A DNA stretch of 64,000 nucleotides from Acidobacteriota bacterium (GCA_025463125.1 JAOAPX010000152.1:19816-83815); one strand, 5' to 3'. Positions 26,458-35,717 are shown, counted from the stretch's first letter. The notes: generated by a model from the sequence alone, not told the origin. Numbers and translations are program-made.

Positions 26458-27039
26458 TTAAAATTCGATTCCCTGCTGCGCGTAGATTCCGGCGTGAAAA
26501 GGATGTTTTATCTCTTTCATTTCCGTTACCAGATCGGCAGCTTCGATCAGTTCGGGCGGCGCGTTTCTGCCCGTCATTATAATATGCAGATGCGGCTGTT
26601 TTTCGCGAATTTCACGAATTTCGCCGAGAATCTTTTCCACATCTAAAAATTTATAATCGAGCACATAAACGATTTCGTCAAAAACAAGCAAATCGTATTC
26701 TTCCGAACGCATTTTTTCAAGACAGAGCGCCCATGTTTCTTCGCTTGTTTTAATATCCTGGGCTTTATCGTTCGTATCCCACGTAAAACCGTCGCCCATC
26801 GTGTGAATTTCTACGCCGAGCTTTTCCAGAGATTCGTGTTCGCCGTAACGATCGGTCTTGGATTTCATAAATTGAATCAGACAGCAATTCAATTCACGCC
26901 CGGTGGCGCGAATCAAAACGCCGAGCGCGGCGGTCGTCTTGCCTTTGCCGTCGCCTGTATTGACCATCAATAAACCTTTCGTTTTTTCTTTGTAATCTTC
27001 GCGCCGCCATTTATAGCGCTTTTCTTTGTTTTCCGTCAT
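26458..27039 (-). CDS. cobO: Cob(I)yrinic acid a,c-diamide adenosyltransferase (CobO/BtuR type)
   Basis: P-loop TGDGKGKTTAALG and downstream CobO-type motifs. I prefer the ATG at 27039 over the TTG at 27075. Confidence 0.85.
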   Translation of the reverse strand: MTENKEKRYKWRREDYKEKTKGLLMVNTGDGKGKTTAALGVLIRATGRELNCCLIQFMKSKTDRYGEHESLEKLGVEIHTMGDGFTWDTNDKAQDIKTSEETWALCLEKMRSEEYDLLVFDEIVYVLDYKFLDVEKILGEIREIREKQPHLHIIMTGRNAPPELIEAADLVTEMKEIKHPFHAGIYAQQGIEF

Positions 27040-27061
27040 ATTGATTTTTAAAACTAAAAAG

Positions 27062-27160
27062 CGGGTGAACATCAATTTTATGCTAATTTGCGAAAATTAT
27101 TAAATAGCGGCGATCCGCGCAAATTCAGCTTCGCAAATTCAGCTTTTTGATGTTCACCCG
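27062..27160 (-). repeat. Structured ~100-nt intergenic element (nested stems plus a 14-nt tandem duplication)
   Basis: Outer 14-bp stem cgggtgaacatcaa (27062-27075) / ttgatgttcacccg (27147-27160). Inner stem aatttgcgaa (27085-27094) / ttcgcaaatt (27130-27139). Tandem cgcaaattcagctt x2 (27118-27145). Confidence 0.5.
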
Positions 27161-27187
27161 TGTTCGATTTTTCCGGTTTCGAGCCGC

Positions 27188-28180
27188 TTAAACCAGACTC
27201 AATTCCATTTCTTCGATATCAATAAAATCCCCGTACTTAACCGCTTTTATAACTTCCGCGACGATTTCCTTTTCTTTTTCGTCCCAATCGCCTTCGACAC
27301 GCAGCCCGGCAGCGTTTTTATGACCGCCGCCGCCGAATTTTTCAGCGACTTTCGCGACGTTTATTTCGCCTTTTGAGCGCAAACTCACGCGAAAATAGTT
27401 CGGTGCCGTTTCGCGCATATAAATCGCCGCGACGACTTCTTTAGCGGCGAGCGGAATATTAACGAAACCGTTATTGTCGCCGTCAACCATTCCGGCATTT
27501 ACACGCATTTCCAGAGTTTGCCGCATCCAGGCGACTTTTCCGCTCGGATCGCGTTTTACGGTATTTAAAACCTGCCGCATCAGCTCGATACGCGACCAGG
27601 GATATGAATTATAAACCGCTTCGGAAATTTGTGCGGGCTTAACGCCGGCTTTGACGAGTTCCGAAGCGACTTTTAATGTTCGATCGGTCGTATTCGGAAA
27701 GTGAAATGAACCGGTGTCCGTCACGAGCGCCATGTAAACGCATTCGGCAATTTCTTTGGTAACGCGTCCGCCGATGGCTTTGCAAAGATTATAAATCATT
27801 TCGCCGACCGCCGATGCCGTCGCGTCAATCCAATTAACGGTGCCGAAATGATCGCTCGTTGCGTGGTGATCGATATTTACCGTAAATTGATCTCTTAAAC
27901 CGGCGATTCCCGGACGGTCAATATCCGAACATTCAATCACGAAAATCGCGTCGTAAGTATTATCTACTTCGGTTACTTTGCGGATTTGATCGGCACCGGG
28001 CAGGCTTTGGTAAGAAACCGGAACGCCGTCGCTGACGATCACTTCGGCGGTTTTCCCGAGAGAACGCAAAAGCCAGCATAAACCTAGAGAGGATCCCACC
28101 CCGTCGCCGTCGGGTCTAACGTGCGTCGTGATGGCAAAATTATTTTTCTTTTCAATTAACTCGACAACTTGACTTAACAC
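27188..28180 (-). CDS. nrnA: DHH-family phosphoesterase (NrnA-like oligoribonuclease / pAp phosphatase)
   Basis: DHH motifs HVRPDGDGVGS and NIDHH, plus the DHHA1 motif GGGGHKNAAG. Confidence 0.8.
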   Translation of the reverse strand: MLSQVVELIEKKNNFAITTHVRPDGDGVGSSLGLCWLLRSLGKTAEVIVSDGVPVSYQSLPGADQIRKVTEVDNTYDAIFVIECSDIDRPGIAGLRDQFTVNIDHHATSDHFGTVNWIDATASAVGEMIYNLCKAIGGRVTKEIAECVYMALVTDTGSFHFPNTTDRTLKVASELVKAGVKPAQISEAVYNSYPWSRIELMRQVLNTVKRDPSGKVAWMRQTLEMRVNAGMVDGDNNGFVNIPLAAKEVVAAIYMRETAPNYFRVSLRSKGEINVAKVAEKFGGGGHKNAAGLRVEGDWDEKEKEIVAEVIKAVKYGDFIDIEEMELSLV

Positions 28181-28245
28181 TTATTAATAAAGTGAACGGT
28201 GAAAAATTAAAGTAAAAAGTCAGCAGATCATAAACTTCTCATTTA

Positions 28246-28626
28246 TCATTTTTCACCTTCACCTTGTTCATTCCTTTCTTGAAATTCACCCTTTATTGAT
28301 AAATCTTCTAAAATTTCCCCGACACGTGAGGCATTTTCCTCCGCCATATCGCGGATGAAGTGCAGGTGCGGAACATAACGAAGACTTTGATTCATCGCAA
28401 CTTGCTGGCGAACGAACGTCGCGGCGCGCTGCAATCCTTTCATAGCTTCTTTTATTTCATTGTCATTGCCTTCGACAAGAACAAAAACTTTAGCGTCACG
28501 CAGATTTTCACTTACCTGTACGTCGGTTACGATGACGCTCTGCAGGCGCGGATCAACCAGTTCAAATCCGACCACCTCGGCAATATCCACTTTTAAAAGT
28601 TCCCCTAATCTTTCTGAACGACGCAT
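28246..28626 (-). CDS. rbfA: Ribosome-binding factor A
   Basis: 126 aa with an RbfA-like core (RSERLGELLK...VTDVQVSENLRDAKVFV...LRYVPHLHF), located directly downstream of infB. Confidence 0.9.
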   Translation of the reverse strand: MRRSERLGELLKVDIAEVVGFELVDPRLQSVIVTDVQVSENLRDAKVFVLVEGNDNEIKEAMKGLQRAATFVRQQVAMNQSLRYVPHLHFIRDMAEENASRVGEILEDLSIKGEFQERNEQGEGEK

Positions 28627-28650
28627 AAATAATGATGAATGATAAAGGAT

Positions 28651-28698
28651 GAACGGCGAATGAATGTTTTTGGGTTACCCGTTTATCATTCGCCGTTC
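28651..28698 (-). repeat. Perfect 13-bp inverted repeat in the infB-rbfA spacer
   Basis: gaacggcgaatga (28651-28663) / tcattcgccgttc (28686-28698) with a 22-nt loop. No U-tract, so this is not a classic terminator. Confidence 0.6.
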
Positions 28699-28705
28699 AA
28701 TATTA

Positions 28706-31597
28706 TTAAAGTTCGGTTGCCGCGATTCTTTCAATTACAAACGCTTCGATCTCGTCATCAACTTTAATATCGTTGAAGTTTACAAGGCTGATACCGCATT
28801 CAAAGCCCTGGCGAACTTCGTTGGTATCTTCCTTAAAGCGTTTGAGCGACGCGATGTCGCCGGTCCAGACAACCACGCCGTCACGAATAAGCCGCGCTTT
28901 TGCCTGACGACGAATCAATCCGTCCGTAACGCGGCAGCCGGCAATCGTTCCGACCTTGGAAACCTTGAACGTATCCTGTACCGAAGCTTTGCCGAGAATG
29001 ACTTCCCGCTCGATCGCGTCGAGCATTCCGATCATCGCCGCGCGAATTTCTTCTTCGACCTTGTAAATGATCGAGTGCAGGCGAATATCGACTTCTTCAT
29101 GCTTGGCGACTTCGGCAGCTTTCGCTTCCGGTCGAACGTTGAAACCGATAATGACAACGGCTGTCTGCATATTGTCAGCCTGCGTCGCCGAAGCAAGCAG
29201 AACATCGGATTCGGCGATCGCGCCAACGCCCGCGCGAATAACGCGCACTTTAACTTTTTCGGTTGAAAGTTTTTCAAGCGTGCCGCGCAGAACTTCGACC
29301 GAGCCTTGCACGTCGGCTTTAAGAACGACGAGAAGCTCTTTAACTTCCGCCAATCCGAGCGATTCGATTCCGCGTTTCGTCGTTTTGAGCATTGCCATCT
29401 GGCGAGCCTGCATCTGTCTCTGCCCGGCAATCGTTACAGCTTTGTCGATATCGGAAACAACCTGGAAAGTGTCGCCAGCCTGCGGAACGCCCTGCAAACC
29501 GAGAACTTCGACCGGTGTCGCCGGCGGCGCTTCGGTGATGATCTCGCCTCTGTCGCTGAACATCGCGCGAACTTTCCCGTAATACTGACCGACGATAAAC
29601 GGATCGCCGACGCGCAGCGTTCCCTGCTGCACCAGAACCGTCGCCACCGAACCGCGTCCTTTATCGAGCTTAGCTTCGAGAACGACGCCCGAAGCGCGGC
29701 GAGTCGGGCTTGCCTTTAATTCCAGAATATCGGAAGTAAGCAGCACGGTTTCAAGCAATGTGTCGAGATTTTCGCGTTTTTTCGCTGAAACCGGCACCAT
29801 TTCCGTATCGCCGCCCCAATCGATCGGCTGTAGACCGAGACCTGCAAGTCCCTGTTTAACTTTATCGGGATTGGCGTCCGGTTTATCGATTTTGTTAATG
29901 GCTACGATAATCGGCACGCCCGCCGCTCTCGAGTGTTCGACGGCTTCGATGGTTTGCGGCATCACGCCGTCGTCAGCCGCGACGACGAGAATTACCACGT
30001 CCGTCGCTTTGGCTCCGCGAGCGCGCATCATCGTAAACGCTTCGTGACCCGGCGTATCGAGGAATACGACTCTTCGTTTTTCATTCGGATTATCGGGATT
30101 GTTTATAAAAACCGAATAAGCGCCGATATGCTGCGTGATTCCGCCGGCTTCGCCCTCAGCGACATTTTCCGAGCGAATAGCGTCGAGCAGAGAAGTTTTT
30201 CCGTGATCGACGTGTCCCATAACCGTTACTACCGGCGGACGAGTTTCCTCAACGTCATCGGAATCGGCGGCGATCAGTTCTTCGAACTCCTGTTCGATGA
30301 CCATTTCTTCAAACGCCACGAAACTGACGTCATAACCGAAATTAACGCCTAAATCTTTCGCCATCTTTTCGCCTACCGGCTGGTTAAGCGTCGCGAAAAT
30401 GCCGCGTTTAACCAAAAGCTGCACGATATCGCGCGGCGTAACGCCAAGGGCTTCGGCAAATTCTCGAACCGTTGCGCCCTCGGTTAAGCGAACAGGCTTC
30501 AGTTGGTTGCCGCCCGGCTTTTTGACCTGATCGAGAATTCGTTCTTCAATAGACCGAAAACGCGGCTGGTCGATTTCTCTTTCCGAATAGCGCCCTTTAT
30601 CGTCAAAGGCTTTGCCAACCGGCTTTTTGCCGCTCGAACGACCCGGTTTGCGTCGATTGTCTGATGGCGGCGTATAAACGATTTGCGGTTTTGCGCTTTC
30701 GCCCGGCGTACCGCGAAATTCCGGTTTTCTTCCGCCTTTCCGATCATCGCGGCGACCTTTTGCGTCGGCTTCGCGAGCTTTTTCAGGATCGAGTTTTCCG
30801 GTCTTCGTCGGCGCTTCGCTGACAACGCGTTCGCCCGGCTTAATGCCTTTCTGTAAAGCGTCTTTCGTCAGCGTCAATTGCTTGACGTGCGTTCCGGTCG
30901 GTCGGAAAACTCTCGGCGCGTTGGCGGCTTTCGGCGGATCAGCCGGTCTTGCTTCTGCCGGTTTCGCTTCCGAAGCCTTTGCCTCGACAGCTTTTTCCTG
31001 TTCGACGACGGCTTCGACTTCCGCCGGTTCCGTTTCGATCGGTGCCGGAACTTCTTCTACATCGGCGGGCGTCGCAGTCTCTTCAATTACAGGAGCTTCT
31101 TCAACGGGCACCGGCTCCGGAAGAGGTTCTTCTTTCGGCTGGACGACGACCCTTTTCTTTAATTGTCTGACCTGCGACGCAGCCGTTTTTTCCTGTTCGG
31201 CGGGCGCAGATTCGGCGACGGGAGGCTCTTCAAGTTCCAATTCCGGCGGCGCGACCGGCTCGACCGGCTCGGGCGGCGCAATCGGCTCGGGCGGGGCGAC
31301 CGGTGCCGCGACTTCTTCCTCTTGCTCGACTACGAGAGCCGGTGCTGTTATTTCTTCTTCCGTCGGCGCGGCATCTTCTTTTTTAGCTGCCTTGATAATT
31401 TTGATTGCCCTTTTAGGTGCAGTTTCAACCTTCGGAAAATATTTATTACGAACTTTTTCCGCTATCTCGACACTAACTGAATTTGAAGGCACGTCTACGT
31501 CTGCGCCCTCTCGTTTTAAATCTTCGATGATGCGCTTTGTATCCTGTTTGAGATCGCGTGCTAAGTCGTAAATCCGAACTTTTTTAGCTATGGGCAT
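28706..31597 (-). CDS. infB: Translation initiation factor IF-2
   Basis: G-domain motifs GHVDHGKTS, DTPGH and NKID, with a long Pro/Glu/Ala-rich N-terminal region. 963 aa. Confidence 0.98.
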   Translation of the reverse strand: MPIAKKVRIYDLARDLKQDTKRIIEDLKREGADVDVPSNSVSVEIAEKVRNKYFPKVETAPKRAIKIIKAAKKEDAAPTEEEITAPALVVEQEEEVAAPVAPPEPIAPPEPVEPVAPPELELEEPPVAESAPAEQEKTAASQVRQLKKRVVVQPKEEPLPEPVPVEEAPVIEETATPADVEEVPAPIETEPAEVEAVVEQEKAVEAKASEAKPAEARPADPPKAANAPRVFRPTGTHVKQLTLTKDALQKGIKPGERVVSEAPTKTGKLDPEKAREADAKGRRDDRKGGRKPEFRGTPGESAKPQIVYTPPSDNRRKPGRSSGKKPVGKAFDDKGRYSEREIDQPRFRSIEERILDQVKKPGGNQLKPVRLTEGATVREFAEALGVTPRDIVQLLVKRGIFATLNQPVGEKMAKDLGVNFGYDVSFVAFEEMVIEQEFEELIAADSDDVEETRPPVVTVMGHVDHGKTSLLDAIRSENVAEGEAGGITQHIGAYSVFINNPDNPNEKRRVVFLDTPGHEAFTMMRARGAKATDVVILVVAADDGVMPQTIEAVEHSRAAGVPIIVAINKIDKPDANPDKVKQGLAGLGLQPIDWGGDTEMVPVSAKKRENLDTLLETVLLTSDILELKASPTRRASGVVLEAKLDKGRGSVATVLVQQGTLRVGDPFIVGQYYGKVRAMFSDRGEIITEAPPATPVEVLGLQGVPQAGDTFQVVSDIDKAVTIAGQRQMQARQMAMLKTTKRGIESLGLAEVKELLVVLKADVQGSVEVLRGTLEKLSTEKVKVRVIRAGVGAIAESDVLLASATQADNMQTAVVIIGFNVRPEAKAAEVAKHEEVDIRLHSIIYKVEEEIRAAMIGMLDAIEREVILGKASVQDTFKVSKVGTIAGCRVTDGLIRRQAKARLIRDGVVVWTGDIASLKRFKEDTNEVRQGFECGISLVNFNDIKVDDEIEAFVIERIAATEL

Positions 31598-31666
31598 ATT
31601 TTATCTAAATTTCTAACGGATTTATAAAAATCCTTTCTGCCTTAACCGGACAATTTCCAGTTGTTT

Positions 31667-33079
31667 TTACTTTTGTTCTTCTGTTGAACTTTCGTCTGTT
31701 TCACCAGCGGTTTCAGCCTCGGAACCGACCTCTTCGGTCGTTCCCGCTTCTTCCGCCGCGGAATCTTCATCTTCGCCGTTTTCGCTTTGAGCGGCGCGCG
31801 TCGCTTCTACGACATCGTTTGCCGAAGAAAGAATCTGTTCCGCTTCGTCAAGACTGATGTCTAAAATATCTACCAAATCATCAATCGACATGTCAGCCAG
31901 AACTTCGACCGTTTCAATTCCTTTTTCACTCAGAGCGTCGGCTTGAGAAGCTGAAACTCCATGCAAATCCCGAAGCGAAACTTCTTCGCCGGCAGCCGTC
32001 ATCTGTCCCATTTGCTGGGAAATTTCTCGTTTCAAAACATCTTCGCTGATAATGTCGATGTCCCAACCTACCAGCCGCGTGGCAAGCCGCACGTTTTGTC
32101 CTTTTTTACCGATTGCCAGGCTGAGCTGATCTTCGGTAACGATAACCGCCATTTTGCGGTTGTTAATATCTGTAATGCGCACTTGCGACACTTTCGCGGG
32201 CGAAAGCGCGTTGGCGGCAAAAACCGAAGGCTCGTCAGACCATTCGATAATATCGATCTTTTCTCCGCGCAGTTCCTTAATAATCGCCTGAACGCGCGAG
32301 CCTTTCATGCCGACGCAAGCGCCGACCGGATCGACGTCTTTTTCGTTTGACGCAACCGCGATTTTCGCGCGGTCGCCCGGCTCACGGACGGCTGATTTAA
32401 TAACAACCGTATCGTCGTAAATTTCCGGCACTTCCATTTCAAACAATCTTTTCAGCAAGTCTGCCGAAGCGCGCGAAACTTTAATTTGCTGTCCTTTTTG
32501 TTCTTTCGTGACATCCTGAATAACAACGCGGATACGCTCGCCCTGATTCCAGACTTCGCCGCGCGCCTGTTCGCGCTTCGGCAAAATCGCTTCGAGATTA
32601 TTTCCCAAATCGATAATCATATCGCCGCGCTCGAAACGCTTGACGGTACCGTTTATCAATTCGCCTTTGCGATCAATGTATTCGTCATACACTTTTTCGC
32701 GCATCGCTTCGCGAACTTTTTGAACCAGAATCTGTTTAGCCGTTTGCGCGGCAATGCGTCCGAGCTCTTCGGTCGGCAAAGGAATCAAAAGCATATCGCC
32801 GACTTCGATCTCGTCGCCGGCAAGCTCCTGTGCTTCTTCGAGGGAAAGCTCGATCGAAGGATTTTCAACTTCCAGAACCACGGTTTTTTGCGCCGAGATT
32901 TCAATCGATCCTTCTTCGTTATTCCATTCAACTTCGATGCTTTCACCGGTTTTATCATGTGCTCTGAACTGCTTGCGCGCCGCCGCTTTAACGGCGTCTT
33001 TCATCGCTTCGATGACCATTGTCCGGTCAAGACCCTGTTCGCTGCACAATGCTTCGATGCTTTGTCCGATAGATGTCAT
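31667..33079 (-). CDS. nusA: Transcription termination/antitermination factor NusA
   Basis: Canonical NusA N-terminal domain, S1 and two KH domains (GACVGMKGSRVQ, AIGKKGQNVRLA), with an acidic C-terminal tail. Confidence 0.97.
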   Translation of the reverse strand: MTSIGQSIEALCSEQGLDRTMVIEAMKDAVKAAARKQFRAHDKTGESIEVEWNNEEGSIEISAQKTVVLEVENPSIELSLEEAQELAGDEIEVGDMLLIPLPTEELGRIAAQTAKQILVQKVREAMREKVYDEYIDRKGELINGTVKRFERGDMIIDLGNNLEAILPKREQARGEVWNQGERIRVVIQDVTKEQKGQQIKVSRASADLLKRLFEMEVPEIYDDTVVIKSAVREPGDRAKIAVASNEKDVDPVGACVGMKGSRVQAIIKELRGEKIDIIEWSDEPSVFAANALSPAKVSQVRITDINNRKMAVIVTEDQLSLAIGKKGQNVRLATRLVGWDIDIISEDVLKREISQQMGQMTAAGEEVSLRDLHGVSASQADALSEKGIETVEVLADMSIDDLVDILDISLDEAEQILSSANDVVEATRAAQSENGEDEDSAAEEAGTTEEVGSEAETAGETDESSTEEQK

Positions 33080-33142
33080 AATTTCGTAAATGCCAAATAA
33101 AAATGAAAAACTGTAAAACGGAAAACCTTATATTTCCGTTAA

Positions 33143-33634
33143 TCATTTTTCGTGTCTTTTAAGTTCTTCGTCCAAATCAATTTCTAAATTCGCTTTAGCC
33201 ACGGCGCTATACGGAAAGCGAACTTCGCCGCTTGTTTTATCTTCGAAAAATATTTCTTCGCTTTCGACTTTTAAGATTCGTCCGCGAAAATTTTTCTGTC
33301 CTTCAATCGGCGTCGAGGTTTTAACTTTCGCTAAACTTCCCGCAAACTTTTCAAAATCTTTCAAACTGTATAGATCGCGCTCAAGCCCGGGCGATGAAAC
33401 TTCCAGCGTATACTCAGACCCGATGTAATCTTCCGCATCGAGTACCGCTTCGATCTGTCGCGAAACTTTTGTACAATCCTGATGCGTTACGCCGCCCGGT
33501 TTATCGATGTAAACCCGCACAACCGGATTCCTCTTCGAACCGAGAACTTCCGAATGAACGAATTCCAGCTGATTTTCCTCCGTTATTTTAACGGCAATTT
33601 CTTGAATTTGCTGCCCAATCGTATCTGTGCTCAT
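33143..33634 (-). CDS. rimP: Ribosome maturation factor RimP
   Basis: RimP-like sequence (VRVYIDKPGGVTHQDCTKVSRQI...EVSSPGLERDL), located upstream of nusA. The ATG at 33634 or 33640 is preferred over 33691. Confidence 0.88.
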   Translation of the reverse strand: MSTDTIGQQIQEIAVKITEENQLEFVHSEVLGSKRNPVVRVYIDKPGGVTHQDCTKVSRQIEAVLDAEDYIGSEYTLEVSSPGLERDLYSLKDFEKFAGSLAKVKTSTPIEGQKNFRGRILKVESEEIFFEDKTSGEVRFPYSAVAKANLEIDLDEELKRHEK

Positions 33635-33645
33635 TATCATTAAAC

Positions 33646-33673
33646 CAAAATAAAAAGTGGGCGCGAAACCCAC
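33646..33673 (-). terminator. Leader (attenuator-type) intrinsic terminator just upstream of rimP
   Basis: Minus strand: GUGGGU-UUCGC-GCCCAC followed by UUUUUAUUUU, ending about 10 nt before the rimP start codon. Confidence 0.55.
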
Positions 33674-33705
33674 CGGACTTTTCCCACGCATTGCGGGAAA
33701 CGAAT

Positions 33706-33735
33706 ATCATACACGAAACGGCGGGAAATTAGCAA
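33706..33735 (-). promoter_or_regulatory. Candidate sigma-70 promoter of the rimP-nusA-infB operon
   Basis: Minus strand: TTGCTA (33730-33735), an 18-nt spacer, then TATGAT (33706-33711). Confidence 0.45.
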
Positions 33736-34017
33736 GTGAGATATTCGATGCATTGTTTTAGTTTCGCGGTTGCCGAATTTTGCCGAGAAAAAACTTTTTT
33801 CGATCTTAAAAAACTATTAAATTTATAAGGCTTTACCTAGCGTTCGACGCGTTTACATTCATATATAAAATATATAAACCTACGGCGTAAAGTAAAAACA
33901 TCGGCGAGCAACCCGGATAAATACTAAATAAATACTGACGATACAGTGTAATTATAGTACAAATCTTTTGGCTTGCCAGCCGATTTTTTTGTTTTGAGCC
34001 CGGAATTTTTTGAAAAG

Positions 34018-35106
34018 TTAGTTTTTCGGACGCTGTTCCGGCGGAACGTTTTTGTAAACGTCTTCAAACGAAACGAAACCGTCTTTGATAACGGTCGTCA
34101 TCAGGTTATTTTTATCGACCGTCGTAACTTCCAGCAGAATTGCGGGAATTTCTTTATTGATTTTTTCATTTTTAAACGGCTTGGCATCTGCCAGCGGTTC
34201 TTTTTTCGCGAGCTTAATTGCGGCTTCAACGGCTCCGCTGGCAAGCGCGATGATCGGTTTATAAATCGTCATCGTTTGTTTGCCTTCGGCAATGCGCTGC
34301 AAAGCGTCTTTTTGCGCGTCCTGCCCGGTTACCAAAACTTTTCCGGTCAAACCTCTTTTGTCGAGAGCTGAAATCACGCCGCCTGCCATTCCGTCATTGG
34401 AAACAACAAAAGCCTGAATATTGTCATTGTTTTGCGTTAAAGCGTTTTCCGCCATTTTCAAAGCTTCTTCCGGCTTCCAATCGGTAATATTCTGATCGGC
34501 TTTAATGAAGATTTTTTTCGCGTCGATCGCCGGTTGGAGAACCGCAAGCTGTTCTTTTTTCATAATTTCGGCGTTGTTGTCGGTTCCTGCGCCGTAAACC
34601 ATTACGTAGTTTCCTTCAGGAACATGCTGCAAAGCATACTCTGCAATTTTTCTACCGATAACCGGAACCTGGTGCGAAATGTACAAATCCAGCTTTTCAG
34701 AATTAATCAAACGATCGTAGCTGATAACCGGAACGCCCTGCGCTTTTGCTTTGTCAACCATCGAAGCCGCCTGCGTTGCATCGTGCGGCGCGATAACCAG
34801 AACGTCGACACCTTGAGTTAAAAGGTTTTCGACGTCGCTCGCTTGTCTCTCGGCAACGTTGTTTGCCACCGTTATAACGCAGTCGACGTTCATTTTCTGA
34901 CAATGAGCTTCAAAAGCCGCCCGGTCACGCTGCCAGCGTTCTTCTTTGAGCGTATCCATTGCAAATCCGATTTTAATCTTGCGGTTCGGATCGTTGTTTT
35001 TCTGCGATGTATTCGATTGCGTCGCAGTTCCTTCGTTTTGCGGCGCGCCGACACACGATGTAATCAGAAAAGCGGCAACCAGCAAAAACAATGCTTTTAA
35101 TTTCAT
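34018..35106 (-). CDS. Periplasmic sugar-binding lipoprotein, XylF-like (D-xylose ABC substrate-binding family)
   Basis: Collinear by eye with E. coli XylF (KIGFAMDTLKEERWQRDR..., VISYDRLI..., VVSNDGMAGG..., GKQTMTIYKP..., VIKDGF). Lipobox LITSC. Confidence 0.85.
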   Translation of the reverse strand: MKLKALFLLVAAFLITSCVGAPQNEGTATQSNTSQKNNDPNRKIKIGFAMDTLKEERWQRDRAAFEAHCQKMNVDCVITVANNVAERQASDVENLLTQGVDVLVIAPHDATQAASMVDKAKAQGVPVISYDRLINSEKLDLYISHQVPVIGRKIAEYALQHVPEGNYVMVYGAGTDNNAEIMKKEQLAVLQPAIDAKKIFIKADQNITDWKPEEALKMAENALTQNNDNIQAFVVSNDGMAGGVISALDKRGLTGKVLVTGQDAQKDALQRIAEGKQTMTIYKPIIALASGAVEAAIKLAKKEPLADAKPFKNEKINKEIPAILLEVTTVDKNNLMTTVIKDGFVSFEDVYKNVPPEQRPKN

Positions 35107-35284
35107 GACTTAAGTTTTTCTCCTTTGGAATAATTCAGACGAGATTCACCGATTAAAACAAAATTTTTATCTTTCGGCAAAAGTAAACGGGCGCTTTTAC
35201 ACAGTTTTCCACTTAAAGACAAAATCTGCCCGAACAGTTTAATAGTTATTTAATAACTAATCGGACTAATTTATGAACTGACTA

Positions 35285-35308
35285 TTTGAACAAAAATTTG
35301 AACAAAAA
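35285..35308. repeat. 12-nt perfect tandem duplication
   Basis: tttgaacaaaaa x2 in the 610-bp spacer upstream of 35718. Confidence 0.8.
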
Positions 35309-35717
35309 TCGGCGTCGCGTATTTACCATTTAATCATTTTATTCATTTTTATTCTTTTTTTTATTCAATTGAGCCCAGCCGCAAGATTTAGAGGAAAAAT
35401 CTTTCAAAATTTTTTCGCAAAATCGGCTTCTGAAAACAGTCTGCATTTTAAGGAAATTCTAAAGAAAGACGGCATTATATCCGGCGAAATTTCCCCTTCA
35501 AAATTTCATTTTATTATTCTTTAAATAATGCCGAAACTATGGTATAACTGTTTTCCAACATTGAATTTAGTCATTTCCAAAATGGCTGAAAAATATATCT
35601 TTCGCTTTTTACGCTTTATACCCAAGAAATTATTGACATCATTTAATAATTCGTGTAAAAGATTGAAAGGTTTGATTTTTTGAAATTATTGATTTTACGC
35701 GATACAAGAGGAGAAAT

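Noticed and set aside
27040-27187. Cobalamin riboswitch upstream of cobO
   Set aside because: The element is only about 100 nt long, and I could not find a B12-box-like sequence. It is kept as an unclassified structured element instead.
30843-31571. 242-aa plus-strand ORF, plus several shorter ones, inside infB
   Set aside because: It is antisense to the Pro/Glu/Ala-rich N-terminal region of IF-2. The Ser/Gly/Ala low-complexity translation is typical of shadow ORFs.
33641-33760. Possible metY-like initiator tRNA upstream of rimP, as in E. coli
   Set aside because: There is no cloverleaf, no GGTTCGAATCC-type T-arm and no acceptor-stem complementarity. The region is better explained as a promoter plus a leader terminator.
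33969-33992. Plus-strand terminator-like hairpin (TTGGCT-TGCC-AGCCGA followed by T7) with no upstream plus-strand gene
   Set aside because: The stem is only 6 bp with a G-U pair. I found no promoter or ORF upstream. It is likely chance, or part of the 3' region of the convergent XylF-like gene.
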